Part shown: piece after piece, positions 8,106 through 18,575 of the stretch
Numbering within the stretch: position 1 is the first letter of the stretch
Layout: each line of letters opens with the position of its first letter
Virus record (IMG/VR): IMGVR_UViG_3300003375_000071
Span: 1-36,573 of that record
Source of the DNA: a virus
Lineage: Duplodnaviria > Caudoviricetes
DNA: 36,573 nt
Reading direction: 5' to 3' (one strand)
Notes under the pieces: model-generated
The model's input: the letters and a program-made list of their open reading frames with translations, nothing else
Told to the model about the DNA's origin: nothing
The model's database searches: none
Program-made: the position numbers and the translations under genes

Positions 8106-9062
8106 ATGGCAAATCAACTATGTGTCTGCAACAACGGACTTTCTAACACCGGCCTTCCTGGCTGTGCACCCCTTCAACAAGTAGTCAAAAAAGTAATTTT
8201 CGTACAACTTGCATCTAATGCAGGTGTTTTGACATCTGTTGACCCAGGCACAACCTTGAATAAGGCTTGGATGACATTATTGTTAAACAATACTGACAAA
8301 TCACAACGTTTTTTCCCAACGCCTGAGATCAAGAACGTAGATACCCCGAAGGATGCGCCAGTGTTCCAAAAGTTCAAAGATGATTCATCTTTGTTCGTGC
8401 GCGAATCTGTTCGTAAGTTCAAAGGTACTATCCCTGCTTGCCCTCCATTATACAAGGCTACACTTGAATCAGTACGTTGCAACAACAACACTGGTGTGTA
8501 TCTTGTTGACATTGCAGGCAACCTAATCGGGTTGACGAACTTCTCCGACAGCAAGCTGTACCCAATTCCAGTGAACGCTCAGTCTATCGTGGGTAACGTT
8601 ATTATGGGTAATGACGATTCAATTTCTTCAATCGATCTTGAATTTGAGTTCCCTGCTTTCGTTCAAGATGCTGCCTTGCGAATGATCACTGCCAATGCGT
8701 TCCCTGACTTTACGCCACTAACCATTGCTGGTTTGCTTAACGTAAATGCAACATTGGTTGGTTCAGTTACTGACACTCAGTTTGTGGTGAAACTAACAAC
8801 TCCTTCTCCTGCTATGGACGTTCCTATCGCAGTTCAAGGATTGACAGCTGCGAACTTTGTATCAAGTTCTACTGCTGCCACAAGCAAGGTGTACGATTCT
8901 ACTGACGCTACTGATAAATCAGTTACCGTTGTAGAAAACCCTGCCGGAACTTATACCGTGACTTATGCTTCTATCACGGGTAAAACATTGACCCCCGAGA
9001 TTGTTGCTACAGGATATGATTGCAGCAATGCATTCAGCGGAATATCTATTGCTACTCCGTAA
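8106..9062 (+). CDS. Major tail (tube) protein
   Basis: 318 aa with C.C....NTG.PGC N-terminus of Bacteroidota siphovirus tail-tube type, Thr-rich beta C-terminal domain, capsid-like codon bias, own promoter and terminator. Confidence 0.75.
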   Translation: MANQLCVCNNGLSNTGLPGCAPLQQVVKKVIFVQLASNAGVLTSVDPGTTLNKAWMTLLLNNTDKSQRFFPTPEIKNVDTPKDAPVFQKFKDDSSLFVRESVRKFKGTIPACPPLYKATLESVRCNNNTGVYLVDIAGNLIGLTNFSDSKLYPIPVNAQSIVGNVIMGNDDSISSIDLEFEFPAFVQDAALRMITANAFPDFTPLTIAGLLNVNATLVGSVTDTQFVVKLTTPSPAMDVPIAVQGLTAANFVSSSTAATSKVYDSTDATDKSVTVVENPAGTYTVTYASITGKTLTPEIVATGYDCSNAFSGISIATP

Positions 9063-9084
9063 TATTTAATTAGTTCAGCTCCAT

Positions 9085-9112
9085 AAAGGGTAGGGCCATC
9101 ACCCTACCCTTT
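9085..9112 (+). terminator. Intrinsic terminator after the major tail gene
   Basis: AAAGGGTAGGG-ccatca-CCCTACCCTTT perfect 11-bp stem followed by a T-rich tail. Confidence 0.8.
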
Positions 9113-9131
9113 ATTATTAAATAATGTCGCT

Positions 9132-9608
9132 ATGGGATGGTTTCAGGCAATTTTAAACAAGATAGACCAGTTTAACGCATTGTCGCTCTACGATGTGATG
9201 CAGAAGCTATTTAATGATGACGAGTTCACAGATTACATCATTTACCTAAATACCCAGGTGCAGCTCTACGAACAAGGTATTGACGCTACCGGCAAAAGAT
9301 TGGATTCAGGAAGAAATGGCTATGCTCCATCGACCATACTGGTAAAGGAAGCGAAAGGTCAACCTGTTGACCGCGTTACTTTAAAAGATACAGGTGCGTT
9401 TTACGATTCTTTCAAATGCTACTTTATACCTGATGGAGGAGATGGGGCCATTCAAATTACGGCAGACACAATAAAGGAGCAAACAGACCTACTTGTTGAA
9501 TGGGGCAAAGATATTATCGGGTTAGACGAGGATTCTTTGGCTCTATTGCGTGATATGGCCCGAACGAAACTATTAACCATTGTTCAATCACTAAAAGCAG
9601 CTGCATGA
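9132..9608 (+). CDS. Putative virion morphogenesis/tail-completion protein
   Basis: Y...T...K..KGQP.DRVTLKDTG.FY.SF motif typical of this neck/tail class. Confidence 0.65.
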   Translation: MGWFQAILNKIDQFNALSLYDVMQKLFNDDEFTDYIIYLNTQVQLYEQGIDATGKRLDSGRNGYAPSTILVKEAKGQPVDRVTLKDTGAFYDSFKCYFIPDGGDGAIQITADTIKEQTDLLVEWGKDIIGLDEDSLALLRDMARTKLLTIVQSLKAAA

Positions 9609-9787
9609 CGCAAGAAGAAAAGATTAATCAGCTCGTTGAGCTCAACCTCCTTGAAAAGCACATGGAAAATATTGCTAAATACCTTAAGTCGTCATCTTAT
9701 TATGATGTTAGAAGCGCTATTAAAAGGCGCAGGGAAGAGATTGAACTTTTGCCAGTAAGGGAGCATGAAAACCTAAGGACCAAATGA
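9605..9787 (+). CDS. Hypothetical protein
   Basis: 60 aa with ATGA overlaps to both neighbours. Confidence 0.65.
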   Translation: MTQEEKINQLVELNLLEKHMENIAKYLKSSSYYDVRSAIKRRREEIELLPVREHENLRTK

Positions 9788-10284
9788 AAAAAGTTGTTAA
9801 AAAGCTTTTTGAGCGAGAAGAAAAAGGTATTGTTGAACCTCATTATGAAGGAATCAATGATCTCCCAATTTGGAATTGGTTTCAAATTCAGGAAACAAAC
9901 GACCTGGGTTATTTGCTTAAGGTTCGCAGGAAAATAACCGCAAAGGAGGAAGAATACCTAAATACCATTATTGATAAGATTTCGGATGAGTACATTGACA
10001 TCTATGGGATTTCGGACGAGTACAGGATTCAAATGCAGTTGCGCGCAGAAATTATGCGCATGAAGCTTGAATTTATGATTGATGGGGATAGGGCGCTTTT
10101 TACTTTTATACAGGTTAAGGAGGCTGAATTGAAAGCTTTATCAAATAAAACTAATTCGGCAAATAGTAATTCGTTGACAGTTTATGTGCGCAAGTATTAT
10201 GGTGGTAATGTTGATTTTAAAGTTATGACCGTGCGAGAATTTTACGACACTTTGTTACAAATTCAAAAAGAAAGCAAGAAATGA
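9784..10284 (+). CDS. Putative tail assembly chaperone
   Basis: 166-aa helical protein immediately before the tape measure gene; C-terminal MTV.EFY pattern. Confidence 0.55.
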   Translation: MKKVVKKLFEREEKGIVEPHYEGINDLPIWNWFQIQETNDLGYLLKVRRKITAKEEEYLNTIIDKISDEYIDIYGISDEYRIQMQLRAEIMRMKLEFMIDGDRALFTFIQVKEAELKALSNKTNSANSNSLTVYVRKYYGGNVDFKVMTVREFYDTLLQIQKESKK

Positions 10285-13200
10285 GCGACATCATAAAGGC
10301 CTCGGACATATTTGATAGTGACATATTTACAAAAACAACTGAGGATGCGTTAAAGTTCCGTGATGCTATTGTGGCAAATGTCGAGGCGCTGAAAGAGTTG
10401 GCGAAATTCTATCAGCAGTCTCTCGCCAAGGTCAAATTTGTTGATTCTAAGGACATCAAGGATGCCAACAAGTTGATGAAGGAGGCAGCGGTGCTAATTA
10501 CCACCTTGGAAAGGCTTAATAAGCAGTTGGCAGCTGCACAGGCGAAACTTACTGGCGAGATGAAGCTCACTACAGAGCAGCAGGCCAAGCAACGAGTTGA
10601 AGCAGCCAAGTTAAACAAGGATTTGAAAGATCAGGTAACAGCCACTACTGCCAATGTAGGAGCGTATCAAAAGCTTTCGGCTCAGTACAGGATTGCTGCT
10701 GAGGAAGCCAAGAATTTGGCGGTTGAATTTGGAGCTAATTCAGAGCAAGCAAGAAAAGCAGCTGCAGGAGCAAATGAATTGCGAGCTAAACTTGAAGCAG
10801 CCGAGCAGTCAGTGGGTCAATTTAACCGAAATGTTGGTAATTATAGCGGTGGAATACTTGATGCATGGAAAAAGACGGGTCTTTTCACCGTAGCAATTGA
10901 GGTACTTGAAAAGATCACGCGTACCTATGATGGTGTGTTGGAACTTTTGAATCTCAAAAGGCAAAAGGAAATAGCGTTAGATACCGAGGCAACAGCTAAG
11001 GAGTTGGTGCATACTGAGGCAGTTGAAGCAGGAGCTGCAGCTACTGAAATTCAAACAGCATCAAAAGAAGCCAATTTAGCGGTGACAGGAGAAGAAATTG
11101 CAGCAGATCAGGCACATGTTGCTGCCGAATCTGCCGATACAGCAGCGACGGAGGCGAATACTGCTGCCAACAAAGCAAATACCCTTTCAAGGCTTGGTGT
11201 TATTGGAGCTGTCGTGGCAGCAGCAGCGGTTATTTATGAGTTAGTTAAGGCATTTACTAAGACGCAAGCTGCGCAAGATGAGTTGGCTGCCGATGAAGCC
11301 TATTTGAAAGTCCTGAAGGAAACTGGCGGGCAAGCAACTCATGCAGCGGAGGCCATGCGGAATTATGTCAAAGCAATGCAGCAATTGGAGGAAATGGAAA
11401 TACAGAACTTGCCCAAAATTGCCAAATTACAAGCCGAAGCCAAAGAAGCCAGGGAGAAAGCAGCCGAGACGGATGTAATTCCTGATAAAATTTCGGCTTT
11501 GAAAGAGCATAATGACAAGCTCGATGAAGCGTTTGAAATTGAGATTGAGCACTTACGGGCTGTTGCAGAGGAAAAAAAGAAACTTGCCGACGCGGATGAT
11601 AAAGATAACATTGCATCAAGAGAAGCAAGAAAGGAAGCTGCCGAGGCTGAAAAGGCCGTTTTTGATGCTGAAAAGGAGCATGCTATGGCTAAAATGAAGA
11701 CTTCAAAACAAATAATGCAGAATGAGTTGGAGATGCGTAAGGAGGAAGTGTCGATGGCTAATGAGATGGCAAAAAATAATATATCGCTCATTAAGGTAGA
11801 GCGTGATCAAAAGTTAGCAGCATCGAGGGAATCATTTGAGGAGCAATACAAAGAGTTGGTTGAGCAACAGCGTAAACTTGGTGATGCCGATGGAACAGAT
11901 CCCAAGCATGCAACTGAACGTTTGGCATTGAAAAGGGCGCAATATAAGGCCGAGGCAGACATCAAAAGAGAGGCCGATGAAGCGCAAATAAAAGCTTTAC
12001 AAAGTTTTTCTGACACCGTGCGTTCAATTTACGAGAAGGTAAGTTCAGAAGAAATAGAGATGATCAAGATTGCTGATGACAAGAAAAAGGCGCAAATTAA
12101 TCAAGAATATGAACGGGAAATGGTTCAGATTCAAAATCAGGAGCGTGCTAATGCTGAGACGCGAAGGAATTTTTACAAGCTAAATGCCAAGGATAGGGCA
12201 GAGCAGGAAGCCAAATTAAAGGACATAGAAACAGCACTTGCAGCCGAAAAGATTGAGGCCGAAAAGAGAAAGACCAATGCCATAATTCAGGTTGATGCAG
12301 ATGCCCTTAAGAGGATCAGGGATATTGAAAATCAAATGGCCAATGAAGGACTGCAGCAAACTTTGAAGCGCACCGAGCAGCTCGAAGCGCTTGCCGAAAA
12401 GAAGACTAATAAAGATGCAAGCGGTGGTGGTGCATCTGCAAGTACCTTAAAAAATGACATCAATCAGCAGGAAGTCCTATTTGAGCAGGAAACTGTAAAC
12501 AAAAAGACCATTATTCGACAACAATACTTTCAGGACGAACAAAAGATTAATGAGGACCTCACTATTTCCGAGGAAGAAAAAAACGAAAAGATTCTTGCAC
12601 TCAATCAAAAGCTTCAAGATGATTTGGAAAATCTCGACAATGCTGAACTTAATAAAAAGGAGGAATTTGAGCGTAAAAAGTCAGAGATAGTAAAAAAAGA
12701 GTTAAAAGAGCAGGCTGACGCGGTAATAAACTTCACACAAGAGGCATTGCAACGCAAGAACGCGTTGGAGGAGGCTCAACTCAATAATGATCTTGATATG
12801 CGCCAAAGGAACATTTTACAGCAACAACAGCTCGCTGAGGCAGGCTATGCCAACGACCTCGCCTTTGAAAAGGCAGCAGCAGCAAAAGACGAATTGAGAA
12901 AGCAACAGTTAGCTAAAAAGGAACAACAGCAAGCTAAGGCACTTGCCTTCTTGAAATTGTTTGCCTCCTACGCTGAAAAGGAGAATCCCGACCAAGCTTT
13001 GGCAAAAACACTTGTGCAAATGGCAATTGCAGGAGCGATTGCCGGATCATACAAAGATGGTATTGAAGGTATAGACGGACCAGGTACGGAAACATCCGAT
13101 TCAATCTTTGCCAGGCTTTCAAAAAACGAATCTGTAGTAACTGCTGCCGGTACCAAGTCTAATCCGGGTCTTCCTACCGCTATGAACGAGGGTAGGGTAG

Positions 13201-13466
13201 ATGAATATTTTGAGCGCAACTATCTGCCAAAATATTTGGGAATGCAGCCTGGCAGTTTTGGACAAAATGTGTCCAATTCTATACTAATACACCAGGTGGC
13301 TACTATGAACGAAAAGCTTTCTAAGATTGAAAAAGCATTGAGCAACCAACCGAGGGTTGAATACCATGTCGATGAAGCACTAAATGCCGTTAAGAAAATC
13401 ACTCAAAACGGACTTACCCGCATGGTTAAAGCTAACCGAAATGGTTCAAGAAACAATTTGATATAA
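10281..13466 (+). CDS. Tape measure protein
   Basis: 1061 aa, coiled-coil Ala/Glu/Lys-rich, GQFNRNVGNY motif, hydrophobic segment, C-terminal GPGTETSDSI.ARLSK.ESV motif. Confidence 0.92.
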   Translation: MSDIIKASDIFDSDIFTKTTEDALKFRDAIVANVEALKELAKFYQQSLAKVKFVDSKDIKDANKLMKEAAVLITTLERLNKQLAAAQAKLTGEMKLTTEQQAKQRVEAAKLNKDLKDQVTATTANVGAYQKLSAQYRIAAEEAKNLAVEFGANSEQARKAAAGANELRAKLEAAEQSVGQFNRNVGNYSGGILDAWKKTGLFTVAIEVLEKITRTYDGVLELLNLKRQKEIALDTEATAKELVHTEAVEAGAAATEIQTASKEANLAVTGEEIAADQAHVAAESADTAATEANTAANKANTLSRLGVIGAVVAAAAVIYELVKAFTKTQAAQDELAADEAYLKVLKETGGQATHAAEAMRNYVKAMQQLEEMEIQNLPKIAKLQAEAKEAREKAAETDVIPDKISALKEHNDKLDEAFEIEIEHLRAVAEEKKKLADADDKDNIASREARKEAAEAEKAVFDAEKEHAMAKMKTSKQIMQNELEMRKEEVSMANEMAKNNISLIKVERDQKLAASRESFEEQYKELVEQQRKLGDADGTDPKHATERLALKRAQYKAEADIKREADEAQIKALQSFSDTVRSIYEKVSSEEIEMIKIADDKKKAQINQEYEREMVQIQNQERANAETRRNFYKLNAKDRAEQEAKLKDIETALAAEKIEAEKRKTNAIIQVDADALKRIRDIENQMANEGLQQTLKRTEQLEALAEKKTNKDASGGGASASTLKNDINQQEVLFEQETVNKKTIIRQQYFQDEQKINEDLTISEEEKNEKILALNQKLQDDLENLDNAELNKKEEFERKKSEIVKKELKEQADAVINFTQEALQRKNALEEAQLNNDLDMRQRNILQQQQLAEAGYANDLAFEKAAAAKDELRKQQLAKKEQQQAKALAFLKLFASYAEKENPDQALAKTLVQMAIAGAIAGSYKDGIEGIDGPGTETSDSIFARLSKNESVVTAAGTKSNPGLPTAMNEGRVDEYFERNYLPKYLGMQPGSFGQNVSNSILIHQVATMNEKLSKIEKALSNQPRVEYHVDEALNAVKKITQNGLTRMVKANRNGSRNNLI

Positions 13467-13470
13467 AACT

Positions 13471-15420
13471 ATGATTCAAACGAACTTCTATATATCCGGC
13501 TCCCTTGTTAACCCACCCCAAAATGCTTCAGAATTGGGTGTAGAGCTCAATTATGGCAAAGATCAGTTCCCAGGTGCTAATACCGTTAGTATAACTGATT
13601 TTACATGGGTCCGCGAAAATTATGACCTATTGATGGGCTATATACAGGCTGGCTTGACTGGCGATGTCGGAATAACAGAGGCCCCACCATTTAGAATTGA
13701 TTTGGTCAATGAGGGAGTGACCCAAACAATATTTAATGGATACTTGGATTTGACACAAGTGAAAATTGTCGACAGGATTTCTATCACAGCAAAGGCGGTA
13801 TCTCACGCCACTGTAGATTGGATAAATGCAGTACAAAATTCGTTCACATTTGAATACCTGGCATCACTGCAACCTGGTGATTCAGGATATATTTCTCCTG
13901 ATATGTATCAGTTCATGCCTTATGTTAACTCCCAAGTGCCAAACTATGAGCAGGCAGCTATCGCAACGTTGATGATATTTTCGGTCACCGAAGCGATAGG
14001 TAAATCTATTCAGGATATTGCTGAACTTACAATTGACGCAGCGAACCCATTTACTACAGTTAATGCTATTCTAAAAGCCATTATCAAGATTGCTTACCTG
14101 ATAGTTTTAATTGCAACTCTCATTAAGCTTATTGAAGATACTATAAAGTTCATCGTGTCGCCTGTAAAATACCATGCTGGCATGTACGTACGTGATTTGA
14201 TGGCGAAGGCCGTTGAATATGTTTCTGATAGTAAAATGCAGTTTGTTTCTGACATTTGGGCGCCAGGATCTCCGTATTATAACGAATTTATCATACCTGA
14301 AAAATTATACAATCCACCTACCGCTGCCGACAATTCAATACTTGGATTCCTTGTTCCTGACCCTAACGAGCAAGTTGGTTGGTTCAAAGGCACTTGGGGA
14401 AAGCTACTCGACGCTATGAAAGCGAAATACAATGCCAAAATAGTAGTGGTAGCTAACCCTGATGGTTCGGGAACTGTCAACTTTGTGCGTAAAGATAAGA
14501 ATGCATTGCCTCCTTCATACCAACTTCCTGACATATATGAGCCGGAATACACTTACAACCTTGACGAGCTTAAGGCCAATTATCTGATTCAATTCCAAAT
14601 TGATTCTACCGACATGAATACTGAGCAAAACTACCAAGGAACGCTCTATCAGGTAGTGACAAGCCAAAAGAAGGTTAATTATCAACCTTTTGTGACCCTT
14701 AAAGACCTCGATACTATTGATATACCATTTGCGCGTGCAACCCGAAAAACCTCATTAACCCTTCCCGAAACGCTTATTTATGACTTTCTTTTGGTTTTTG
14801 ATAGCTTCGACAACATTCTTGTTGATGCCGTCAATGTATTGATAGGGGTAGTAAATGCCATTCTTGGTTTCTTGCGCAAGGTAATAAAGGTTCTTAAGTG
14901 GATAGGTATTAACCTCAATTGGAAGTTGTCTAACGTGCCATACCTTGCTTCAAGTAATCTTGCCGGAACAGTTGAAAATAGGCTCAATATGATGTTACTT
15001 TCAGCGGACCATTTCAACGTGCCAAAGGTGCTCATTCTTAATCCTGGTTCTTCATACAAGTACAATAAAATTGATCCTTTGAACGATGTTTTCGAGACCG
15101 CGCAGGCGCATTGGACTTTATTCCATTACGTTGATTCTTTTATTCCTGCACAACTTAACCCTGCTTACGCTGATCGCCCGACTGGAAACCAATACGTAAT
15201 CAAAAATTTCAGTAAAGTGCCGTTTGATTGGAACGATTTTTTGCAAGTGTTGACCAACAATAGGATATACGATGCGAACGGTAATATTGCCGTATTGGAA
15301 TCTTTGAAATACTATCCCGACACTGCAAGCTCAGGAGGCTTTGCGGAAATTAAGGTGCGATTCCCTCAAATTTACACGCTCAATCTTCAAGAATCATTCA
15401 TTAACCCAACCGGACAATAA
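13471..15420 (+). CDS. Tail tip/hub structural protein with two hydrophobic helical segments
   Basis: 649 aa directly after the tape measure gene; beta-rich flanks and two long hydrophobic or amphipathic stretches. Confidence 0.6.
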   Translation: MIQTNFYISGSLVNPPQNASELGVELNYGKDQFPGANTVSITDFTWVRENYDLLMGYIQAGLTGDVGITEAPPFRIDLVNEGVTQTIFNGYLDLTQVKIVDRISITAKAVSHATVDWINAVQNSFTFEYLASLQPGDSGYISPDMYQFMPYVNSQVPNYEQAAIATLMIFSVTEAIGKSIQDIAELTIDAANPFTTVNAILKAIIKIAYLIVLIATLIKLIEDTIKFIVSPVKYHAGMYVRDLMAKAVEYVSDSKMQFVSDIWAPGSPYYNEFIIPEKLYNPPTAADNSILGFLVPDPNEQVGWFKGTWGKLLDAMKAKYNAKIVVVANPDGSGTVNFVRKDKNALPPSYQLPDIYEPEYTYNLDELKANYLIQFQIDSTDMNTEQNYQGTLYQVVTSQKKVNYQPFVTLKDLDTIDIPFARATRKTSLTLPETLIYDFLLVFDSFDNILVDAVNVLIGVVNAILGFLRKVIKVLKWIGINLNWKLSNVPYLASSNLAGTVENRLNMMLLSADHFNVPKVLILNPGSSYKYNKIDPLNDVFETAQAHWTLFHYVDSFIPAQLNPAYADRPTGNQYVIKNFSKVPFDWNDFLQVLTNNRIYDANGNIAVLESLKYYPDTASSGGFAEIKVRFPQIYTLNLQESFINPTGQ

Positions 15421-15423
15421 CCT

Positions 15424-15642
15424 ATGAACCCAAATTTGAAAAAAGACATCCAAGCCATGCTAAAGGGGCTTAAAAGTATTGCAGCAGAATTGCCAAAAGC
15501 AATTGAAAAAGGCTATGAGAACCACCCCGATAAGGATGCCTACTTAAAAGCATTGAAAGACAGTAATATAATAGAAAAGTCGCGCGAGCATTTGCAGAAA
15601 ATTACCGAGATGCATGAGCACTTAAGCAAAAGAACCAAATAG
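15424..15642 (+). CDS. Hypothetical protein
   Basis: 72-aa charged helical ORF, tightly packed in the tail operon. Confidence 0.65.
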   Translation: MNPNLKKDIQAMLKGLKSIAAELPKAIEKGYENHPDKDAYLKALKDSNIIEKSREHLQKITEMHEHLSKRTK

Positions 15643-15656
15643 GTTAAAATTACTTT

Positions 15657-15680
15657 TGTAACATAAATTATTACATTTGT
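15657..15680 (+). promoter_or_regulatory. Late-promoter motif copy 3
   Basis: TGTAACATAAATTATTACA-TTTGT, only 4 nt before ATG 15685. Confidence 0.75.
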
Positions 15681-15684
15681 TTTC

Positions 15685-18573
15685 ATGGCTGCCAACCCAA
15701 TACAACTGATTTCACAGAACTTCTACAAGGAGCTTTCTTCTGCACCTGTAAATTGGCTATTGGCAAATGCAGGCGATAAGATAAGGGTTGAAACGACCTT
15801 TTCAGTTGCCGTTTACGCCATGAGCGATTCCAATAATCAATTTATCTTAAACAACAACGATGGATATATTGGTGCAGGGTGGATTCAAGACCCTCAAAAT
15901 CAGTTTGATAATTTCAATATTGGTGATTCGGTTACGCTTTACGACTATACCACCAATGCGGAATTATTTGCAGGCACTATATTAGCAAAGGCCGATGACG
16001 GAAATATTCAACTGAGCGCAGCGATAGCCTCTACCCCTGCGGGTACGCAGTCGGGTACGGTTGTTTTGTCTTTGGCTACACCGATTACGGGCATCAAGTA
16101 TCATTACAACATGATTACTAATTCCGCATCTGACACCTTTACCAGTATGGTCGATGGAGTAAGTGAACAAGTCATTGTTGCTCGAAACAAATTAGTTACC
16201 GACACTACAGCAACCGCTATGGAGGCTCTTGGTGCTTTGACATGGCAAGATGGTCAAGCCGGTTTTGTCACTCTTCCATTTGGTGGAGGTTCTGCTGTTC
16301 CGGTAGCTACGATTCAGGGCGTTTCAAATAGTACATCACCGATATATACGAGCACTTTCAAAATTGTGCATTACACCAAGGTGTCTCCCTACCTGTTATA
16401 CAACATGACGGTACCTCCTTATACAGATACGAATTGTTTGAAATTTATCACCAAGATAGATGCATTGCAAGCGTATGATAATCCAAACCTGATCTATACG
16501 ACATCTTTTGATTCAGTAAACGGGAATGTTGGATGGGAAAATGAAAATTTCACTACAGGAAAGACTAATTATTCAATTTCCAATGTAACATACACTAATA
16601 ATGCTCAGACAGTAGGCGCGCTTATATTGAATTCAAGCGAAACTACCCTGACATTTAATATTAACAATACTGTTGACGTTCCATTTTCAAATAACAATAC
16701 TCAGTTTGTTCTGAATTTCTTTAAAGTTCCTGCCGATGCTTCAGAATACCAAGGTACAGGAAACCTGATGGATGTTAACTTTCTTTATGACAGAGTATTG
16801 CAAAAGGTTGGTTCTTCTGCTGTCAATGGAGACAATTACGGAGGAACTTACCAGGTCCTCAAAAGCGTTTCAGCTACCTATGTGAGTGCTTCACAGATTC
16901 TCGTTACTGCTAAATTCGATATGAGCGCAGCAGTTTTAGCAGGGTTTAATGCATCATCACTCCCTCAATATAAACTTACTGTAATCACCCAAAATTACAG
17001 CAAGGCTACTAATGTAAGTGATTTGGTTACTTTGGTGGTGGATTCCCAACCTTTTACTGTCGTGACATCGGATCCTGGCATGATTGTGATTGACAACACC
17101 ACATTCCTGCGCCATCCCGAATTCAATCCAACAACCGAAGGAGTTGTAGTTGGTAGCGAGGTGGGTGGGTCTTATGCTACCCTCACAGTAAATGCTTCAT
17201 ATCAAGCATCGGCATGGAGTGGATCGGGAAGCATCGGTCTATTCTTAGACCCCGTTAGTCCTACATTTTATTTTGGAGCTGCACGCTCCTGGACTTCTGC
17301 AACGCACACTAATTTGGATGATGCGATGAATGACATAGTGGGGCAGATGAATACCTCTTCCGGCTCTACTTTAGCGAGTTACAACGCTGCCACGCATACT
17401 TTATCAATTCAAGCGCCTGTTAAAGGATCTGCATGGAATGGCTGCTACATAAACATACCGGCATATTCCGTGTCGATAAGTTTTGGAAGCACTTATTTCA
17501 GCGGTGGCGTTGATCCTACTTATACAACATTTGATACTTACCCCGAAGATGAAGTTGTAGCTTGTTCTACCTTTTATGTTGAAAGCAGCGGAAGGACTAC
17601 CGACACTATCATTTTGCAAAGCATTAATGCCAAGGTCGTAGCTACCAACGGTTCAAGTACGTTCGAGCTGGACCAATTCACAATGTCGTTATCGGGCTAT
17701 CCACTTATTGGCTATACGCAACAATTTGATGCACAGGTAGCAAGGGCCTTTCACGTGCCGGCAGATTCTATAAGGAAATTTATAGAAATAAAGCGAAGAA
17801 ACGACCTCGACACCGGTACTCGTAAATATTTTTCTTCCAACTACCCCTTTATGATCCGTTGGGAAACTTGGGTTCAAGTTCTTGGCGTTGATCCTTCATT
17901 CTTCAATAGCGCACTTCCTAACAATGGTTTTAATGAATGGTGGTATCAATATGGACAAGCAGCAGGGTGGGGGATTGAATATCAGCTGACTCTTAAAGCA
18001 ACAGAAAACGGAACTGCGCAAACTTATGCGACTTCTGTGCCATTTAACATCCACAATTACCGGAGCAATTCTGCTTACACGGTGAAAGAAGCACTTACTT
18101 TTGATCCCAACGGCACCACGCAGCTCGTGACAGGTGGCAGCACCAATGTTACAATTGGAGGTCAACTATACTATACCGTTTTCACAAAGCAGTTTTTGTA
18201 TAATTACAAAAATACATTGGCTGTTGCCATTTTTACGAAAACATCGCTTCCGGCAAACGTTACTGTTGTGCTTAGGCTTGAAATTTGGCAACAAGGCGGA
18301 ATCTATGGCATACGAACATTTTCAAGCCGTTGGCAAGGCGATTCTGATACATGGTTTCTCTCGGTGGACCAGGTGAACTATCCTAATAAGGTAAAGCTGC
18401 AGGCATTTGGAAATTCTATCGTTGCTACTGCGCTAATAAACGCTTTGGCCTTACCTCAGAATATAGCTTCTTGGAAGTTGTCGGCTCGTATTTACGAAAT
18501 TACAAATGGCCTTGAAACTGATGATGGCGTTCCGATTTTGAATGATAATGGAGTTCAAATAACTGTTGACTGA
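15685..18573 (+). CDS. Large tail tip/baseplate structural protein
   Basis: 962 aa, Thr/Ser/Asn-rich beta-type protein; C-terminal LETDDG.PIL.D.G..I peptide; tail-module position. Confidence 0.65.
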   Translation: MAANPIQLISQNFYKELSSAPVNWLLANAGDKIRVETTFSVAVYAMSDSNNQFILNNNDGYIGAGWIQDPQNQFDNFNIGDSVTLYDYTTNAELFAGTILAKADDGNIQLSAAIASTPAGTQSGTVVLSLATPITGIKYHYNMITNSASDTFTSMVDGVSEQVIVARNKLVTDTTATAMEALGALTWQDGQAGFVTLPFGGGSAVPVATIQGVSNSTSPIYTSTFKIVHYTKVSPYLLYNMTVPPYTDTNCLKFITKIDALQAYDNPNLIYTTSFDSVNGNVGWENENFTTGKTNYSISNVTYTNNAQTVGALILNSSETTLTFNINNTVDVPFSNNNTQFVLNFFKVPADASEYQGTGNLMDVNFLYDRVLQKVGSSAVNGDNYGGTYQVLKSVSATYVSASQILVTAKFDMSAAVLAGFNASSLPQYKLTVITQNYSKATNVSDLVTLVVDSQPFTVVTSDPGMIVIDNTTFLRHPEFNPTTEGVVVGSEVGGSYATLTVNASYQASAWSGSGSIGLFLDPVSPTFYFGAARSWTSATHTNLDDAMNDIVGQMNTSSGSTLASYNAATHTLSIQAPVKGSAWNGCYINIPAYSVSISFGSTYFSGGVDPTYTTFDTYPEDEVVACSTFYVESSGRTTDTIILQSINAKVVATNGSSTFELDQFTMSLSGYPLIGYTQQFDAQVARAFHVPADSIRKFIEIKRRNDLDTGTRKYFSSNYPFMIRWETWVQVLGVDPSFFNSALPNNGFNEWWYQYGQAAGWGIEYQLTLKATENGTAQTYATSVPFNIHNYRSNSAYTVKEALTFDPNGTTQLVTGGSTNVTIGGQLYYTVFTKQFLYNYKNTLAVAIFTKTSLPANVTVVLRLEIWQQGGIYGIRTFSSRWQGDSDTWFLSVDQVNYPNKVKLQAFGNSIVATALINALALPQNIASWKLSARIYEITNGLETDDGVPILNDNGVQITVD

Positions 18574-18575
18574 TC

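Noticed and set aside
9605-10284. Programmed frameshift in tail assembly chaperones
   Set aside because: No convincing slippery heptamer before the stops; the ORFs are joined by ordinary ATGA overlaps.
10412-13402. Many antisense and alternate-frame ORFs inside the tape measure gene (similarly in capsid, tail and integrase genes)
   Set aside because: Shadow ORFs expected from the codon bias of the sense genes; no leaders or motifs.
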